64,000 bases of DNA, from assembly GCA_026391835.1 (NCBI GenBank), contig JAPLDF010000067.1, positions 48,120 to 112,119 on the forward strand, read 5' to 3'. The notes under the pieces were generated by a model, which saw nothing but the letters and a program-made list of their open reading frames with translations, made no database searches and had not been told where the DNA came from. Numbering within the stretch: position 1 is the first letter of the stretch; the number at the start of each line of letters is the position of its first letter. Source of the DNA: Bacteroidota bacterium. Lineage in GTDB: Bacteria > Bacteroidota > Bacteroidia > Bacteroidales > FEN-979. Shown piece after piece: positions 39,447 to 49,840 of this stretch. Position numbers and translations under genes: made by a program.

Positions 39447-41287
39447 CGGTCCATTACCCGGTAGAAACTCAGTTTAAAATCGTCGATGAGGATCGGTTTC
39501 CTGCCCGGATTCCAGATATAGATCTTCAGGATCCCATTCCTGTTTACAATCTCCGGCAGGGTAAGTGAGAACCTGCATTTTCGCCAGTATTTCATTTTCT
39601 TTTCAGGGATGTCGTTCAGCCGGAAACCCTGCCAGTAACTTTTCCTTAGATTGATGCTGTCCATGCTCAGCACAACGAGAGCCGCATTGCTCGCGCCTAT
39701 GGCACTGTCCCAAACCATCACTTCCCCTTCCACAAAAAACCTGGAAGGTAATTTCCCAAGTTGATCTGCAGGTAGAACGAGCCCGGGGCCAAATTGATTG
39801 AGAGAATCAAGATAACCAGCATGGCATGGTGAATATGACCTGGGCGATTGGCGGAATGAAATGTTGTTCCAGTAGTTGGGTGCAGACTCAAAGTCATTTT
39901 GCAAAACCAGTGTTGGCTTATCACGGTCAACCGTAAATTCAGGGAGTTCAAGGTTGCCACCCAAACCATTGATATGCGCTGAATCAGCCCTCATGAAAAT
40001 AAAGCAGTATTTTGCACGGTTCATGCTGTTGGGCTGTATGATGTTATGGGTATACTGCCATGTTTGAAACAGGTTCAGGAAAACCAGCGGCAGAATTATG
40101 GCCATGACGACCGGAAGCGCATGTTTCCCCGGCAATGCGTTTATTGCTACCGCCAGGAGCAGGCAGTAAATCCCGTAATAGTCAATGAAGGCCCGCAACC
40201 CGAAACTGTCGCCATAATACCAGTTCCACCAGATTGAAATCGTGTAAGTACTGATGGCAATGAAAAAGAGCATGCTGAAAAAGCGGGTACGGCTGGTAAA
40301 CGCCAGGAATGCCAGTCCCGACCAGGAAAGAAGGATCAGCGGGGTATAAATGAACAACCCCTTCCGGAAACTGAACAGGACATTGCTGATCTCAGGCCTT
40401 GAAAACAGGAATCCTTCATTGTCATACGACCAGATGAACATTTTTCCCGTTTGTAAAAACCAGAGAAATGGCTGAATGGATACCAGTACAAAAAGTACCA
40501 GGAAGAAGAGCATGGAAACGCTTTTCCTTTGCCACAAACTCTTAAAAAAAGCGGTAAATGTGGCCATGTCCCCGGCAAGAAAAGGCAGCAGCAGGAGAAC
40601 CAATACGTTGGTCGGGCGGATCAGGATGACAATTCCAAGAAACAAACCTGTCGGCAGTGCCGACCTGAGGTTCCACGTTTTTATTGCAGCCAGGGCGTAA
40701 AAGATCAGGCCATTGATGGCAAAGAATGAGTAGAGGTGCGACATCGTAGGCTGCCAGATGGTGTAATATAATAGATTGGTCCCCAGTAAAATGGCCGGTA
40801 GGAGTACGGAGGCTATTGCCGGCCTGATGCGGAAATGCAACAGGATTTTCGACAGGAAGATCAGCCCGGCCATGGCATAAAACAGGGCCCCCAGCCCGAT
40901 GGAAACCTGGAAACAGAAATTGTACCCGTCGGCAGGCACACCCGATAAAAATGACAGCAGCAAACCCAGCAGGAAAAAGGGGAGCAGCAGCAGGGCTTCA
41001 CCCGAAAAATATTTATTTACAGGATGGCCGTCTACATTGACAATGTAACTGGGTTTATAATCAGGAATACCGAGGAACCGGGATTCCATTTCCACGCCCT
41101 TCCGGAAGGTCGGATCGCCGCAAAGGATAAGGGATGGCAGGTAGGCATAATAGCCGCGCCCGTCGCTGTTGACGATGTGTTTCCAGCCCGTTCCGTTGCC
41201 ATCGAACATCCTGAGGCTGATAAAAAACACCAGAAGAAAACAGAAAATTTCGAACAACGCATTCCCGGAATACCTGATGTTGTGCAT
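39443..41287 (-). CDS. Polytopic membrane protein, probable GT-C glycosyltransferase with C-terminal soluble domain
   Basis: SDGRGYYAYLPS, RPTN, KGLFIYTP, WYYGDSFGLRAF; many TM segments; start MHNIRY. Confidence 0.7.
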   Translation of the reverse strand: MHNIRYSGNALFEIFCFLLVFFISLRMFDGNGTGWKHIVNSDGRGYYAYLPSLILCGDPTFRKGVEMESRFLGIPDYKPSYIVNVDGHPVNKYFSGEALLLLPFFLLGLLLSFLSGVPADGYNFCFQVSIGLGALFYAMAGLIFLSKILLHFRIRPAIASVLLPAILLGTNLLYYTIWQPTMSHLYSFFAINGLIFYALAAIKTWNLRSALPTGLFLGIVILIRPTNVLVLLLLPFLAGDMATFTAFFKSLWQRKSVSMLFFLVLFVLVSIQPFLWFLQTGKMFIWSYDNEGFLFSRPEISNVLFSFRKGLFIYTPLILLSWSGLAFLAFTSRTRFFSMLFFIAISTYTISIWWNWYYGDSFGLRAFIDYYGIYCLLLAVAINALPGKHALPVVMAIILPLVFLNLFQTWQYTHNIIQPNSMNRAKYCFIFMRADSAHINGLGGNLELPEFTVDRDKPTLVLQNDFESAPNYWNNISFRQSPRSYSPCHAGYLDSLNQFGPGLVLPADQLGKLPSRFFVEGEVMVWDSAIGASNAALVVLSMDSINLRKSYWQGFRLNDIPEKKMKYWRKCRFSLTLPEIVNRNGILKIYIWNPGRKPILIDDFKLSFYRVMDR

Positions 41288-41371
41288 AATTTCTTTACAA
41301 GGATAACCCAGACAATGAACAGGAAGCAAATTTAGAGAAGTTTACCATTTGGTAGTATAATTTATTTTTTG

Positions 41372-41379
41372 TACTTTTG
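41372..41379 (+). promoter_or_regulatory. TAnnTTTG -7 box of the rpsF operon
   Basis: TACTTTTGC upstream of rpsF. Confidence 0.7.
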
Positions 41380-41423
41380 CAGTCCTTTTTAAAAATCTAT
41401 ATATTCATTAAAATCAACGAGAA

Positions 41424-41777
41424 ATGTTAAAACAGTACGAAACCGTTTTCATTATGACTCCCGTTTTGTCTGATGAACAGATGAAGGAAACGGTAGAAAA
41501 GTATCAGAAGTTCCTCGTCAGCAAAGGTGCTGAGATCGTTCATGAGGATCATTGGGGGTTGCGCAAGCTCGCCTATCCCATTCAGAAAAAGGCCACAGGA
41601 TTCTATCATCTGATCGAATTCAAAGCCGAACCGACACTGATCAGGGAGTGGGAAGTAACCTTTAAACGTGACGAGCGGATTCTCCGCTTTTTAACGGTGG
41701 TTTTTGACAAGCACATGCTCGCCTACAGCGAGAAAAAACGTGCCCGGTCCAAGGCTGCAAAGGAAGTAAAAGAATAG
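41424..41777 (+). CDS. rpsF: 30S ribosomal protein bS6
   Basis: YETVFI, WGLRKLAYPI, RDERILRFL. Confidence 0.97.
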   Translation: MLKQYETVFIMTPVLSDEQMKETVEKYQKFLVSKGAEIVHEDHWGLRKLAYPIQKKATGFYHLIEFKAEPTLIREWEVTFKRDERILRFLTVVFDKHMLAYSEKKRARSKAAKEVKE

Positions 41778-41801
41778 TAACCATCCAAAAACTGTTTGAT
41801 C

Positions 41802-42074
41802 ATGGCAACACAACAACAAGGTGAAATAAAGTATCTTACCCCGATTGCGGTTGATACGAAAAGAAAAAAATATTGCCGTTTCAAGAAGAGCGGTATCAAA
41901 TACATCGATTTTAAGGATGCTGACTTTCTGCTTAAGTTCGTCAACGAACAGGGCAAACTGCTTCCCCGCCGTATCACCGGTACATCCACCAAATACCAGC
42001 GGAAAGTAGCACAGGCAGTTAAACGGGCGAGGCACATTGCCCTCATGCCCTATGTTGGAGATTTATTAAAATAA
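41802..42074 (+). CDS. rpsR: 30S ribosomal protein bS18
   Basis: [34 protein letters not shown]. Confidence 0.97.
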   Translation: MATQQQGEIKYLTPIAVDTKRKKYCRFKKSGIKYIDFKDADFLLKFVNEQGKLLPRRITGTSTKYQRKVAQAVKRARHIALMPYVGDLLK

Positions 42075-42087
42075 GGAGGCACGAACC

Positions 42088-42537
42088 ATGGAAGTAATTT
42101 TAAAACAAGACGTCCTCAACCTGGGCTATACAAACGAAAAGGTAAATGTTAAGCCCGGATATGCCAGGAATTTTCTGATTCCCCAGGGCATCGCAATTCT
42201 GGCCACCGAATCCAATAAAAAAGTTTTAGCTGAAACCCTGAAACAAAAAGCACACAAAGAGGCTAAAATCAGGAAATCGGCAGAAGACTTGTCGGAAGGT
42301 TTGAAAAACCTGACAGTGAAAATCGGTGCAAAAGCTGCTGAAAGCGGCAAGATCTTCGGATCGGTGAATGCCATCCAGGTATCACAGGCATTGAAAGAAC
42401 AATTCGATATCGATATTGACCGTAAGAAAATTCATGTTGATCATGAGCATATCAAGGAACTGGGATCCTACAAGGCAAAAATTCATTTGCACAAAGATGT
42501 CCAGGTAGAAATCAGCCTCGAAGTTTTTGCAGAATAG
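42088..42537 (+). CDS. rplI: 50S ribosomal protein bL9
   Basis: MEVILKQDV..LG, VKPGYARNFLIP, GKIFGSV. Confidence 0.97.
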   Translation: MEVILKQDVLNLGYTNEKVNVKPGYARNFLIPQGIAILATESNKKVLAETLKQKAHKEAKIRKSAEDLSEGLKNLTVKIGAKAAESGKIFGSVNAIQVSQALKEQFDIDIDRKKIHVDHEHIKELGSYKAKIHLHKDVQVEISLEVFAE

Positions 42538-42563
42538 CTGCTATTCGTAAAAGTTGTAATTTT

Positions 42564-42597
42564 ATCCCGGAATCCCAAAGATTCCGGGATTTTTTTT
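42564..42597 (+). terminator. Intrinsic terminator of rpsF-rpsR-rplI
   Basis: 11-bp stem ATCCCGGAATC/GATTCCGGGAT plus T-run. Confidence 0.85.
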
Positions 42598-43425
42598 ATG
42601 CTGTCACAAAGCCAGATCAAACATATTACCGCCCTGAAGGTTAAAAAGTTCCGCGAGGAATTCAACCAGTTTATTGCCGAAGGCACTAAACTGGTGATGG
42701 ACATGGCTGACAGCCAGTTCCAGGTTGCCGGTATTTATGCTTCCGGCGAATGGATTGTTGCAAACCTTCCACTGATCCGGAAAAAAAACATCCCCGTTTT
42801 TGAAACGGTTCCCCGCGAAATGGAGCGGCTCTCGGCCCTCTCAACCCCGAGCCCCGTGCTTGCGGTTGTAAATATCCCCTCTGATAACGACCTGAAATCA
42901 AAATTTGATGCACTTTTCTGCACATCGTCGCTGTACGGGGCCGAAACATTGGTATTGGCGCTCGACGACATCCGCGATCCGGGAAATTTCGGGACGATCA
43001 TCCGAATCGCCGATTGGTTTGGCATCGGAACAATCCTCTGTTCCGAAAGTTGTGTCGACCTCTACAGTCCGAAGGTTGTACAAGCCTCCATGGGCTCAAT
43101 TACACGGGTGACGGTGATCCGATGCAAGCTGGCAGAAACCCTGAACACCCTGTCGGGGAGGTTCACCCTGTCAGCGCATGGTGAAGGTTTGCCTGTGTAC
43201 GGGACGTTTCTTGAGGGAGATTCAGTATTCTCCCAAACCCTTACAGAGCATGGAATTGTTGTTATCGGCAACGAGTCGCGCGGAATTTCGCCCGACCTTG
43301 TTCCATTCATCACGCATAAGCTCTTCATTCCTTCATTTGGATCATCTGCCCCGGGCAAAGCCGAATCGCTCAACGCATCGATTGCTGCTGCCATCATTTG
43401 TGCCGAATTCAGGAGAGGAAAATAA
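42598..43425 (+). CDS. TrmH/SpoU family RNA 2'-O-methyltransferase
   Basis: DPGNFGTIIRIADWFG, GNESRG, ESLNASIA. Confidence 0.92.
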   Translation: MLSQSQIKHITALKVKKFREEFNQFIAEGTKLVMDMADSQFQVAGIYASGEWIVANLPLIRKKNIPVFETVPREMERLSALSTPSPVLAVVNIPSDNDLKSKFDALFCTSSLYGAETLVLALDDIRDPGNFGTIIRIADWFGIGTILCSESCVDLYSPKVVQASMGSITRVTVIRCKLAETLNTLSGRFTLSAHGEGLPVYGTFLEGDSVFSQTLTEHGIVVIGNESRGISPDLVPFITHKLFIPSFGSSAPGKAESLNASIAAAIICAEFRRGK

Positions 43426-43436
43426 AATTTTAAACG

Positions 43437-44726
43437 ATGCGGTCTCAACATACTATGTCATACCTGTTAACCTGTGGCTTGCTGGTCATTCATACTGTGT
43501 CCGTATGGGCGGCCGGTGATGTTCCCAATGAGAATATCTGTTATGATCCGTCAATAAAAACAATCCAGGTGTTCAAGGAGGGGTTTGAGCTGTCACCTCC
43601 CGTGATCATGTTAAACTCGACAGATAAGCTCTCTGTTCAATTCGATGACCTCGATCCTGACCTGAAGCGATACAAATACACGATCGTGCACTGTGAAGCC
43701 GACTGGCAGGTCTCCGCCGATCTTACCGTGGCAGAATATATCGAGGGTTACCGCGAGGAGAATATCGACCAGTACGAATATTCCTACAACACAACTGTAC
43801 GGTACACGCATTTCACAGCGCTGTTTCCAACCGCTAACATGCGTCCCAAACTCTCGGGAAACTATATGCTGGTGGTGTATGAAGACGATCCTTCGCAAAT
43901 GGCGTTTACGGCCAGGTTCATGGTTGTGGAAGCCTCACCTGTTGTTGCGGCCGGCAACATTGTGCAGAGCGCTCAGCTTGCCGAACGCAGTTCACGCCAG
44001 CAGATCGACTTTGTTGTCAAACTGAATGGATTCCAGGTGATTGATGTCGGGCGCGAAATCAAAATCATCCTTCAGCAGAATGGCCGCACCGACAACGTAC
44101 TCCAGCTTTCGAAACCGCGGTTTGCCAGGACTGATGAACTTGATTACCGGTATGATGAGGCAATCTCTTTCAGGGGAGGAAACCAGTTCAGGAATTTTGA
44201 TATCAAGAGCCTTCAGTACCAGTCGGACCATATTGCCAGGATCGCTTATGATACAACCAACCAGGTCTATTTGCTCGCCGACCAGCCCCGGACTTTCAAA
44301 CAATACAGTTTTGAAAAAGATCTTAACGGGCGCTTTTTTATTAAAAATGAAGAACATACCGAAAACAGCAACACCGAAGCGGATTATGCCTGGGTGCATT
44401 TTTTTCTTCCGTATCCCGTATTGATTACCACCGGAACTTTTCATGTGCTGGGTGAACTCACCTCCTGGCAGGTAGGCAACGTCAGCAGGATGTATTTCAA
44501 TCCCGAACACAAGGGATATGAACTCAATCTCTTCCTGAAGCAAGGGTACTACAATTACATGTATGTGCTGAAAGAAAAAGGTAAAGCCACCGGGGATGAG
44601 TCACTGATCGAAGGCAGCCACTGGGAAACGGAAAACGACTATACCATCTATGTCTATTTCCATGAAACCGGTTCCCTCTATGACCGTTTGATAGCAGTGA
44701 ACTTTCTGAACACCATCCGGCCCTGA
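43437..44726 (+). CDS. T9SS plug protein family (DUF5103)
   Basis: FDDL, HCEADW, SYNTTVRYTH, SGNY, LKQGYYNY, EGSHWETENDY. Confidence 0.8.
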   Translation: MRSQHTMSYLLTCGLLVIHTVSVWAAGDVPNENICYDPSIKTIQVFKEGFELSPPVIMLNSTDKLSVQFDDLDPDLKRYKYTIVHCEADWQVSADLTVAEYIEGYREENIDQYEYSYNTTVRYTHFTALFPTANMRPKLSGNYMLVVYEDDPSQMAFTARFMVVEASPVVAAGNIVQSAQLAERSSRQQIDFVVKLNGFQVIDVGREIKIILQQNGRTDNVLQLSKPRFARTDELDYRYDEAISFRGGNQFRNFDIKSLQYQSDHIARIAYDTTNQVYLLADQPRTFKQYSFEKDLNGRFFIKNEEHTENSNTEADYAWVHFFLPYPVLITTGTFHVLGELTSWQVGNVSRMYFNPEHKGYELNLFLKQGYYNYMYVLKEKGKATGDESLIEGSHWETENDYTIYVYFHETGSLYDRLIAVNFLNTIRP

Positions 44727-44766
44727 ATCGCAAATCGTAAATCGCAAATCGTAAATCGTAAATCAG
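44725..44766. repeat. 7-bp array (AAATCGY x6) filling the whole convergent intergenic gap
   Basis: gaatcgc aaatcgt aaatcgc aaatcgt aaatcgt aaatcag; overlaps both TGA stops. Confidence 0.93.
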
Positions 44767-47114
44767 AATGGGTACCCAATCCCAAAGTTCCACACGATGT
44801 CAGCGATCTGCATCTTGTTGAAATACCAGCGGTCATCTTTTGGGTAGGATGGCACATAGACGCGAATTGCAGGGTCAAACCGGAAAATAAAAAAATCAAA
44901 ATCGAGGCGGATCCCAACACCGGCATCAATGGCAATCTGGCTGAGGAAATCGGGAAATTTAAACTTCCCTCCGGGCAGGTCCGGTGATTCTTTCAGCAGC
45001 CAGATATTGCCTGCATCCGCATATACTGCCCCGCGGATCCAGTGATAAACCGGGAACCGGTATTCGATGTTGCCCTCAAGCTGCATATCGCCGATCTGGT
45101 TGAATGTGGCACTCCCGTCAAGGTTGTTGTAACTTCCGGGGCCGAGCGAGTACATTTTCCATCCGCGCATTCCATTTGCCCCGCCTGCAAAAAAGGCCTT
45201 CTCAAACGGCAACAGGGTAACATTGCCATACGGGATCCCGATGCCGCCGTAAAAGCGGAAAACCAATGAGAAATTGTCGGGGTAGACATTGTAATACCGG
45301 AAATCAACATCCGGGCGCACGTATTGGGCATAAGGCAGGCCAAACACCGTAAATGCACCATTCGGCCTTGGCGTATTGAAAACCGAATTGATGACATATA
45401 GAAGGTTTCCCCCGGTTTCGAAATTTGCCCGGATATAGGCGAAATCCTTAACCTTGCTTACCTGCTGACTGCTGAACGTAAAGGAGTATTTCAGGCCGGC
45501 AACCATATGGTCGGTATACTGGTTTTTAAGCCGGTTATCCTTGTTCGTGTTCATGACTGAATCGAAGTAGGAATCTGTATAGACTTTTACCAGTGAAATC
45601 TCAATCGGGTTCAGGACGTGCTGGATGATGTTCTTCTGCAACCAGGAATACCCGAAGTTGATGTTTGAAATATGACGGACATAATGCTGCTGATGCTGGT
45701 AGTTGTAACCGATGCTGACGATGGTTTTTGGCTTGAAATTTTTCGGCAGTGTTTCAGGCCTTATCGGGATCAGGAACTGCGGGAATGTAATTCCTGCGTT
45801 TACCCCCAGTTCGATGGTATTGAAGAATGAAGTGCCGCTTGAGCCATTTGTAGCCTGCATCTGGAGTGATCCGCTCAGGTTCAGCCTGAAAAGCTGTGCG
45901 CCCCTGAAAACATTGCGGTTCTGGTACCCAAGGTTGGCCTGGATACCAAACGCCCCTCCCGAGTTTGTGCCATCGGTGGTTACCGAGAAAGACTGGGCCG
46001 GCGTACGGGAAAGTTCAACATGGCAATCGACAACATCTTTGTTGCGCAGCAGAAAAAGCTTGCCGTTTTCAACTTCCCTGAACTGGATATTGATGTATTT
46101 GAATACCTGCAGCCCCGACAGCTGCGCATAACTTTGATTGACATCCAGCAGGTTGTAGTTGGAACCAGGCGTTATAAAGATTGACTGGGCAATGGTCCTC
46201 GGTTTTACCTTGAAACGATCCTGGTACAGGAAATAGTAAGCGTTCGGGGGCTGGCCCCTGACCGGGCTTTGATACGTCTTTACCAGCGTATCGTAGGTGC
46301 CGGTAAAAGTGACCAGGTGGTCGAATTCAGGATAAATATACACCCTGTTGATGAAATACCGCTTGTGCGGAACCTGCTGAACCGTGTTGAAATTGTCGAA
46401 GGATGGCATCACCCTGTTGATGATTTCAAGGGTAATATCACAGGCATGTTCCCTGAAACTGGTGTCAATACTGTATTTGATATAGATGTTCGAAAACCTG
46501 AAAAATCCGTGGTTCTGCAGGTTTCCCGTAATTCGTGTGCGTTCGTCATCCAGGATATAGGCATCGTAATTCCGGCCCTTTTTTATCAGGCATTTTGATG
46601 TGTCGGGGAAAACGAAGGAAGCCACCTGGGTGTCGGCAATGGCATACGACAGGTTTCTGACCAGGTAAGGCGTTGAAGCCTGGATCCGGTAATGGACCAC
46701 CGCTTTTTTCTTTTTCACAACAATGGAATCGCTGATAACTGAATGGAAATATCCCTTGTTGGCGAGATACATATTCATCTGTTTGCTCGAAACTGATACA
46801 AGGCTGGTATCGAGGATAACCGGTTCAGATCCTACTTTTGTCCTCAGCCATTTCTTGAACTTGGTATCTTTCCCTTTGCTTCCCATATTATAAATGGCAA
46901 TGTTGGAGCGGAACAATCCAAAAAGCTTTGTGTTTGGTTTTTGCTGGATATATGGCTCCAGCTCTTCGGGCAGGATCTTCCGGTCGGAAATCTTTATCTT
47001 GTTTTTAATGAGGAGATGTTCACCGGGGTTCAGATTTTTAGTAACACTGCAGCCATTCAGGAGCAGCAGGGCAGAAATGAAAAAACAAAGAAATGAGAAA
47101 GATTTATTATTCAA
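44763..47114 (-). CDS. tamL: Omp85/BamA-family lipoprotein TamL
   Basis: Lipobox LNGC, POTRA region, FFAGGANGMRGW, DAGNIW, C-terminal NFGIGYPF; TTG start uncertain. Confidence 0.88.
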   Translation of the reverse strand: MNNKSFSFLCFFISALLLLNGCSVTKNLNPGEHLLIKNKIKISDRKILPEELEPYIQQKPNTKLFGLFRSNIAIYNMGSKGKDTKFKKWLRTKVGSEPVILDTSLVSVSSKQMNMYLANKGYFHSVISDSIVVKKKKAVVHYRIQASTPYLVRNLSYAIADTQVASFVFPDTSKCLIKKGRNYDAYILDDERTRITGNLQNHGFFRFSNIYIKYSIDTSFREHACDITLEIINRVMPSFDNFNTVQQVPHKRYFINRVYIYPEFDHLVTFTGTYDTLVKTYQSPVRGQPPNAYYFLYQDRFKVKPRTIAQSIFITPGSNYNLLDVNQSYAQLSGLQVFKYINIQFREVENGKLFLLRNKDVVDCHVELSRTPAQSFSVTTDGTNSGGAFGIQANLGYQNRNVFRGAQLFRLNLSGSLQMQATNGSSGTSFFNTIELGVNAGITFPQFLIPIRPETLPKNFKPKTIVSIGYNYQHQQHYVRHISNINFGYSWLQKNIIQHVLNPIEISLVKVYTDSYFDSVMNTNKDNRLKNQYTDHMVAGLKYSFTFSSQQVSKVKDFAYIRANFETGGNLLYVINSVFNTPRPNGAFTVFGLPYAQYVRPDVDFRYYNVYPDNFSLVFRFYGGIGIPYGNVTLLPFEKAFFAGGANGMRGWKMYSLGPGSYNNLDGSATFNQIGDMQLEGNIEYRFPVYHWIRGAVYADAGNIWLLKESPDLPGGKFKFPDFLSQIAIDAGVGIRLDFDFFIFRFDPAIRVYVPSYPKDDRWYFNKMQIADIVWNFGIGYPF

Positions 47115-47311
47115 CTTTTGCCACGATTAATCGGTTCACAGGACTGATTCACAAATGATTTCATCTGTTTGGGATACGCCTGTAAATTCCTGGTTTTTCC
47201 GAAGGACAAAAATAGGGATTTTAATTCAATTACCTGAAATCCTTTCTGATGTGGGGCACCCTGTTGCAGCGATCCGCAGGATAAGTAGGGCGGACTCTTT
47301 ATTTGCAGGGC

Positions 47312-47719
47312 TTACCGGGCGGGAACCTGTTTCAAATAAGGTGAAATCTTCTGATACAACTCTTCCTTGTTGATGGGTGATTTGGAAATGATACCATTCA
47401 TGCTGCATTCCATGATCTGTTTCGGGTCGGGAGTTGCACTGAAAGCAAATATGGGCAGGTTCCTGTAATAGGTGCCTTCCCTGGAGCGGATGATACGTGT
47501 TGCTTCATACCCGTCCAGTTCCGGCATCATGAGGTCCATCAGCACAACATCATAGATTTCCCTCGACATCAGCTCCAGGGCAATTTTCCCGTTGATGGCT
47601 GTGTCAACAGATGCGTGCCATTGCTTGAGGATATGGCATGTCAATCGCTGGAGGATGGAATTGTCTTCCACAACCAAAACACGCATCCCTTCAAGGCTAC
47701 TGTATTCGGGAATTTCCAT
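47312..47719 (-). CDS. Single-domain response regulator
   Basis: VLVVEDN, LMDLMMPELDG, SKSP; start MEIPEY. Confidence 0.88.
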   Translation of the reverse strand: MEIPEYSSLEGMRVLVVEDNSILQRLTCHILKQWHASVDTAINGKIALELMSREIYDVVLMDLMMPELDGYEATRIIRSREGTYYRNLPIFAFSATPDPKQIMECSMNGIISKSPINKEELYQKISPYLKQVPAR

Positions 47720-48001
47720 AGTATGACATAAGCAATATCCCCCTGCAATAACCATTCCACACCCATTACACAGTAACAACATCCTGATAATGAATCAGCT
47801 TTATATCATGAAAGTCATGAATATTTTCCCAAAATGAGATTTTTATTACCAGAATTGGAGAAATGAGCACGTTATTCACACATTTTTCGATGTGTGAATA
47901 ATGTAACTCTTTGATAAAGTTATGTAACACTGCCGGCAATGAATCGGCTCACCTTTGCTTCATCCTGGTAACATTCAAACCAGGTCATATAAACCAATCC
48001 A

Positions 48002-48997
48002 ATGAACAAGGTAATCCTGTTGAATAAAAGGCCCGTAGGCAGGCCAACTTTAGACGATTTCAAATTTACCAGCGCCGCGATACCGGTACCTCCTGCCGGG
48101 AATGTTTTAATAAAGACGTTGTATGTATCGGTGGATCCATATTTACGCGGCCGGATGAGTGATTCCAGGTCATACGTTTCCTCCTTCGTTTTGGGCGAGC
48201 CAATGCAGTCGGGAATAATCGGCCAGGTGATCGATTCAAAGCACCCGGAATTCAGGAAGGGGGATTTCGTTTCGGGAATCCTGGAATGGAAAGAATACCA
48301 GGTTTCCGATGGCAAAGGGTTGATCAAGGTAGATGACAGGGTTTCGCCGTTATCATCCTACCTTGGCGCGCTGGGTATGACAGGGCTCACTGCCTACCTT
48401 GGGTTGACCGAAATAGGTGTTCCAAAGGCAGGTGAAACTATTGTTGTTTCGGGGGCGGCAGGAGCCGTAGGAAGCATGGTAGGGCAGATTGGGAAAATTA
48501 TGCGATGTAACACGGTGGGTATAACAGGCACTGACGAAAAAGCAGACCTGCTTAAATCAAAATTCAAATTTGATCATGCTGTCAATTACAGGACTACACC
48601 GGATTTAAAGGAGGCAATCCGCAATACCTGCCCGGATGGGGTTGATATTTATTTTGACAACGTGGGTGGGGAAATTTCAGATGCCGTCCTGGCCAATATT
48701 AATAAATATGCCAGGTTGCCAGTATGCGGCGCCATTTCTCTGTACAACGCTACTGAAGTCCCTGTAGGGCCCCGCCTTCAGCCTGTCCTCCTAACTAAAA
48801 GTGCAACGATGAGAGGTTTTATTGTCAGTGATTTTTCAGCAAAATTTCCGGCAGCAATAAATCAGCTGGCGATGTGGCTTAAAGAAGGGAAGCTGACCTA
48901 TGTCGAGACAATTGTCGAAGGGTTTGAAAATACGCCACAAGCGTTCCTGGACCTTTTTGACGGGAAAAATAAAGGTAAAATGATCGTTAAAGTCTAG
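48002..48997 (+). CDS. NADP-dependent alkenal reductase (CurA/prostaglandin reductase-like, MDR)
   Basis: SVDPYLRGRM, LGMTGLTAY, SGAAGAVGS, YFDNVGG, GKNKGK. Confidence 0.93.
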   Translation: MNKVILLNKRPVGRPTLDDFKFTSAAIPVPPAGNVLIKTLYVSVDPYLRGRMSDSRSYVSSFVLGEPMQSGIIGQVIDSKHPEFRKGDFVSGILEWKEYQVSDGKGLIKVDDRVSPLSSYLGALGMTGLTAYLGLTEIGVPKAGETIVVSGAAGAVGSMVGQIGKIMRCNTVGITGTDEKADLLKSKFKFDHAVNYRTTPDLKEAIRNTCPDGVDIYFDNVGGEISDAVLANINKYARLPVCGAISLYNATEVPVGPRLQPVLLTKSATMRGFIVSDFSAKFPAAINQLAMWLKEGKLTYVETIVEGFENTPQAFLDLFDGKNKGKMIVKV

Positions 48998-49026
48998 GTT
49001 AAATACATTATTAAGCCCTATTTATC

Positions 49027-49783
49027 ATGCCAATACAAACAATCAATCCCAATACGAACAAGCTTGTCAGGTCGTTTGAAGAAATGACAGACAGCGTGGT
49101 TTATGATGCCGTAAGCCTGGCGGAAGAAACATTCGGCAAGTGGAGAAACACCACCTTTAAGCAGCGCGCTGACTTAATGCACCAGGTAGCTTCGCTGATG
49201 CGCGCCAAAAAAGAGCCATTGGCTAAACTCATTACCCTGGAAATGGGGAAACTTATTTCGCAGGCTGGTGGTGGGTGACCCCATGGACAGGGCTGCGGAA
49301 CTGGGACCGTTGTGCAATGAAGAAGCGGCAGTTTTGCTTGCCGACCAGGTAGTACGTTCGGTTAATGAAGGTGCAACCGTATTGCTGGGCGGAGAAAGAT
49401 TAAACCGCCCGGGTGCTTTCATGGCGCCTACGATACTTACCAACCTGAAACCTGGAATGGCCGCATACCAAGAAGAACTGTTCGGGCCTGTCGCCTCATT
49501 CTACCGGGTGAAAGATGAGCAGGCAGCAATTGACCTGGCAAATGATTCACCTTTTGGCCTGGGTGGTTCCGTATTTGCAGGAAACATCGATCGGGGCCTG
49601 CTGGTGGCAGCCCGGATTGACAGCGGTATGGTGTTTATCAATCATCCCATATGGACACAGGCAGATCTTTCTTTTGGCGGAACCAAGCGTTCGGGCTATG
49701 GGAGGGAACTGTTGGAACTTGGAATTAAAGAGTTTATCAATAAAAAACTTATTCGCATCAGTGAACTCAACGATCCGTTTTGA
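49027..49783 (+). pseudogene. Succinate-semialdehyde dehydrogenase-like ALDH with large internal deletion and frameshift
   Basis: N-terminal 80 aa (TINP...LEMGK) joined out of frame at ~49265 to the C-terminal part (GDPM...EELFGP...FGGTKRSGYGRE); ELGG and catalytic-Cys regions absent. Confidence 0.88.
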
Positions 49784-49840
49784 GTTTGTCAAATCGCATC
49801 GTATTAAAAATGATACAACACCTTAAAAAGAAAATACACA

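Noticed and set aside
44725-44766. Heptamer arrays as universal all-frame stop cassettes
   Set aside because: Holds for TGACAAG arrays, but the tamL and MFS sense-strand CGATTTA units contain no stop codon, so it cannot be the general explanation.
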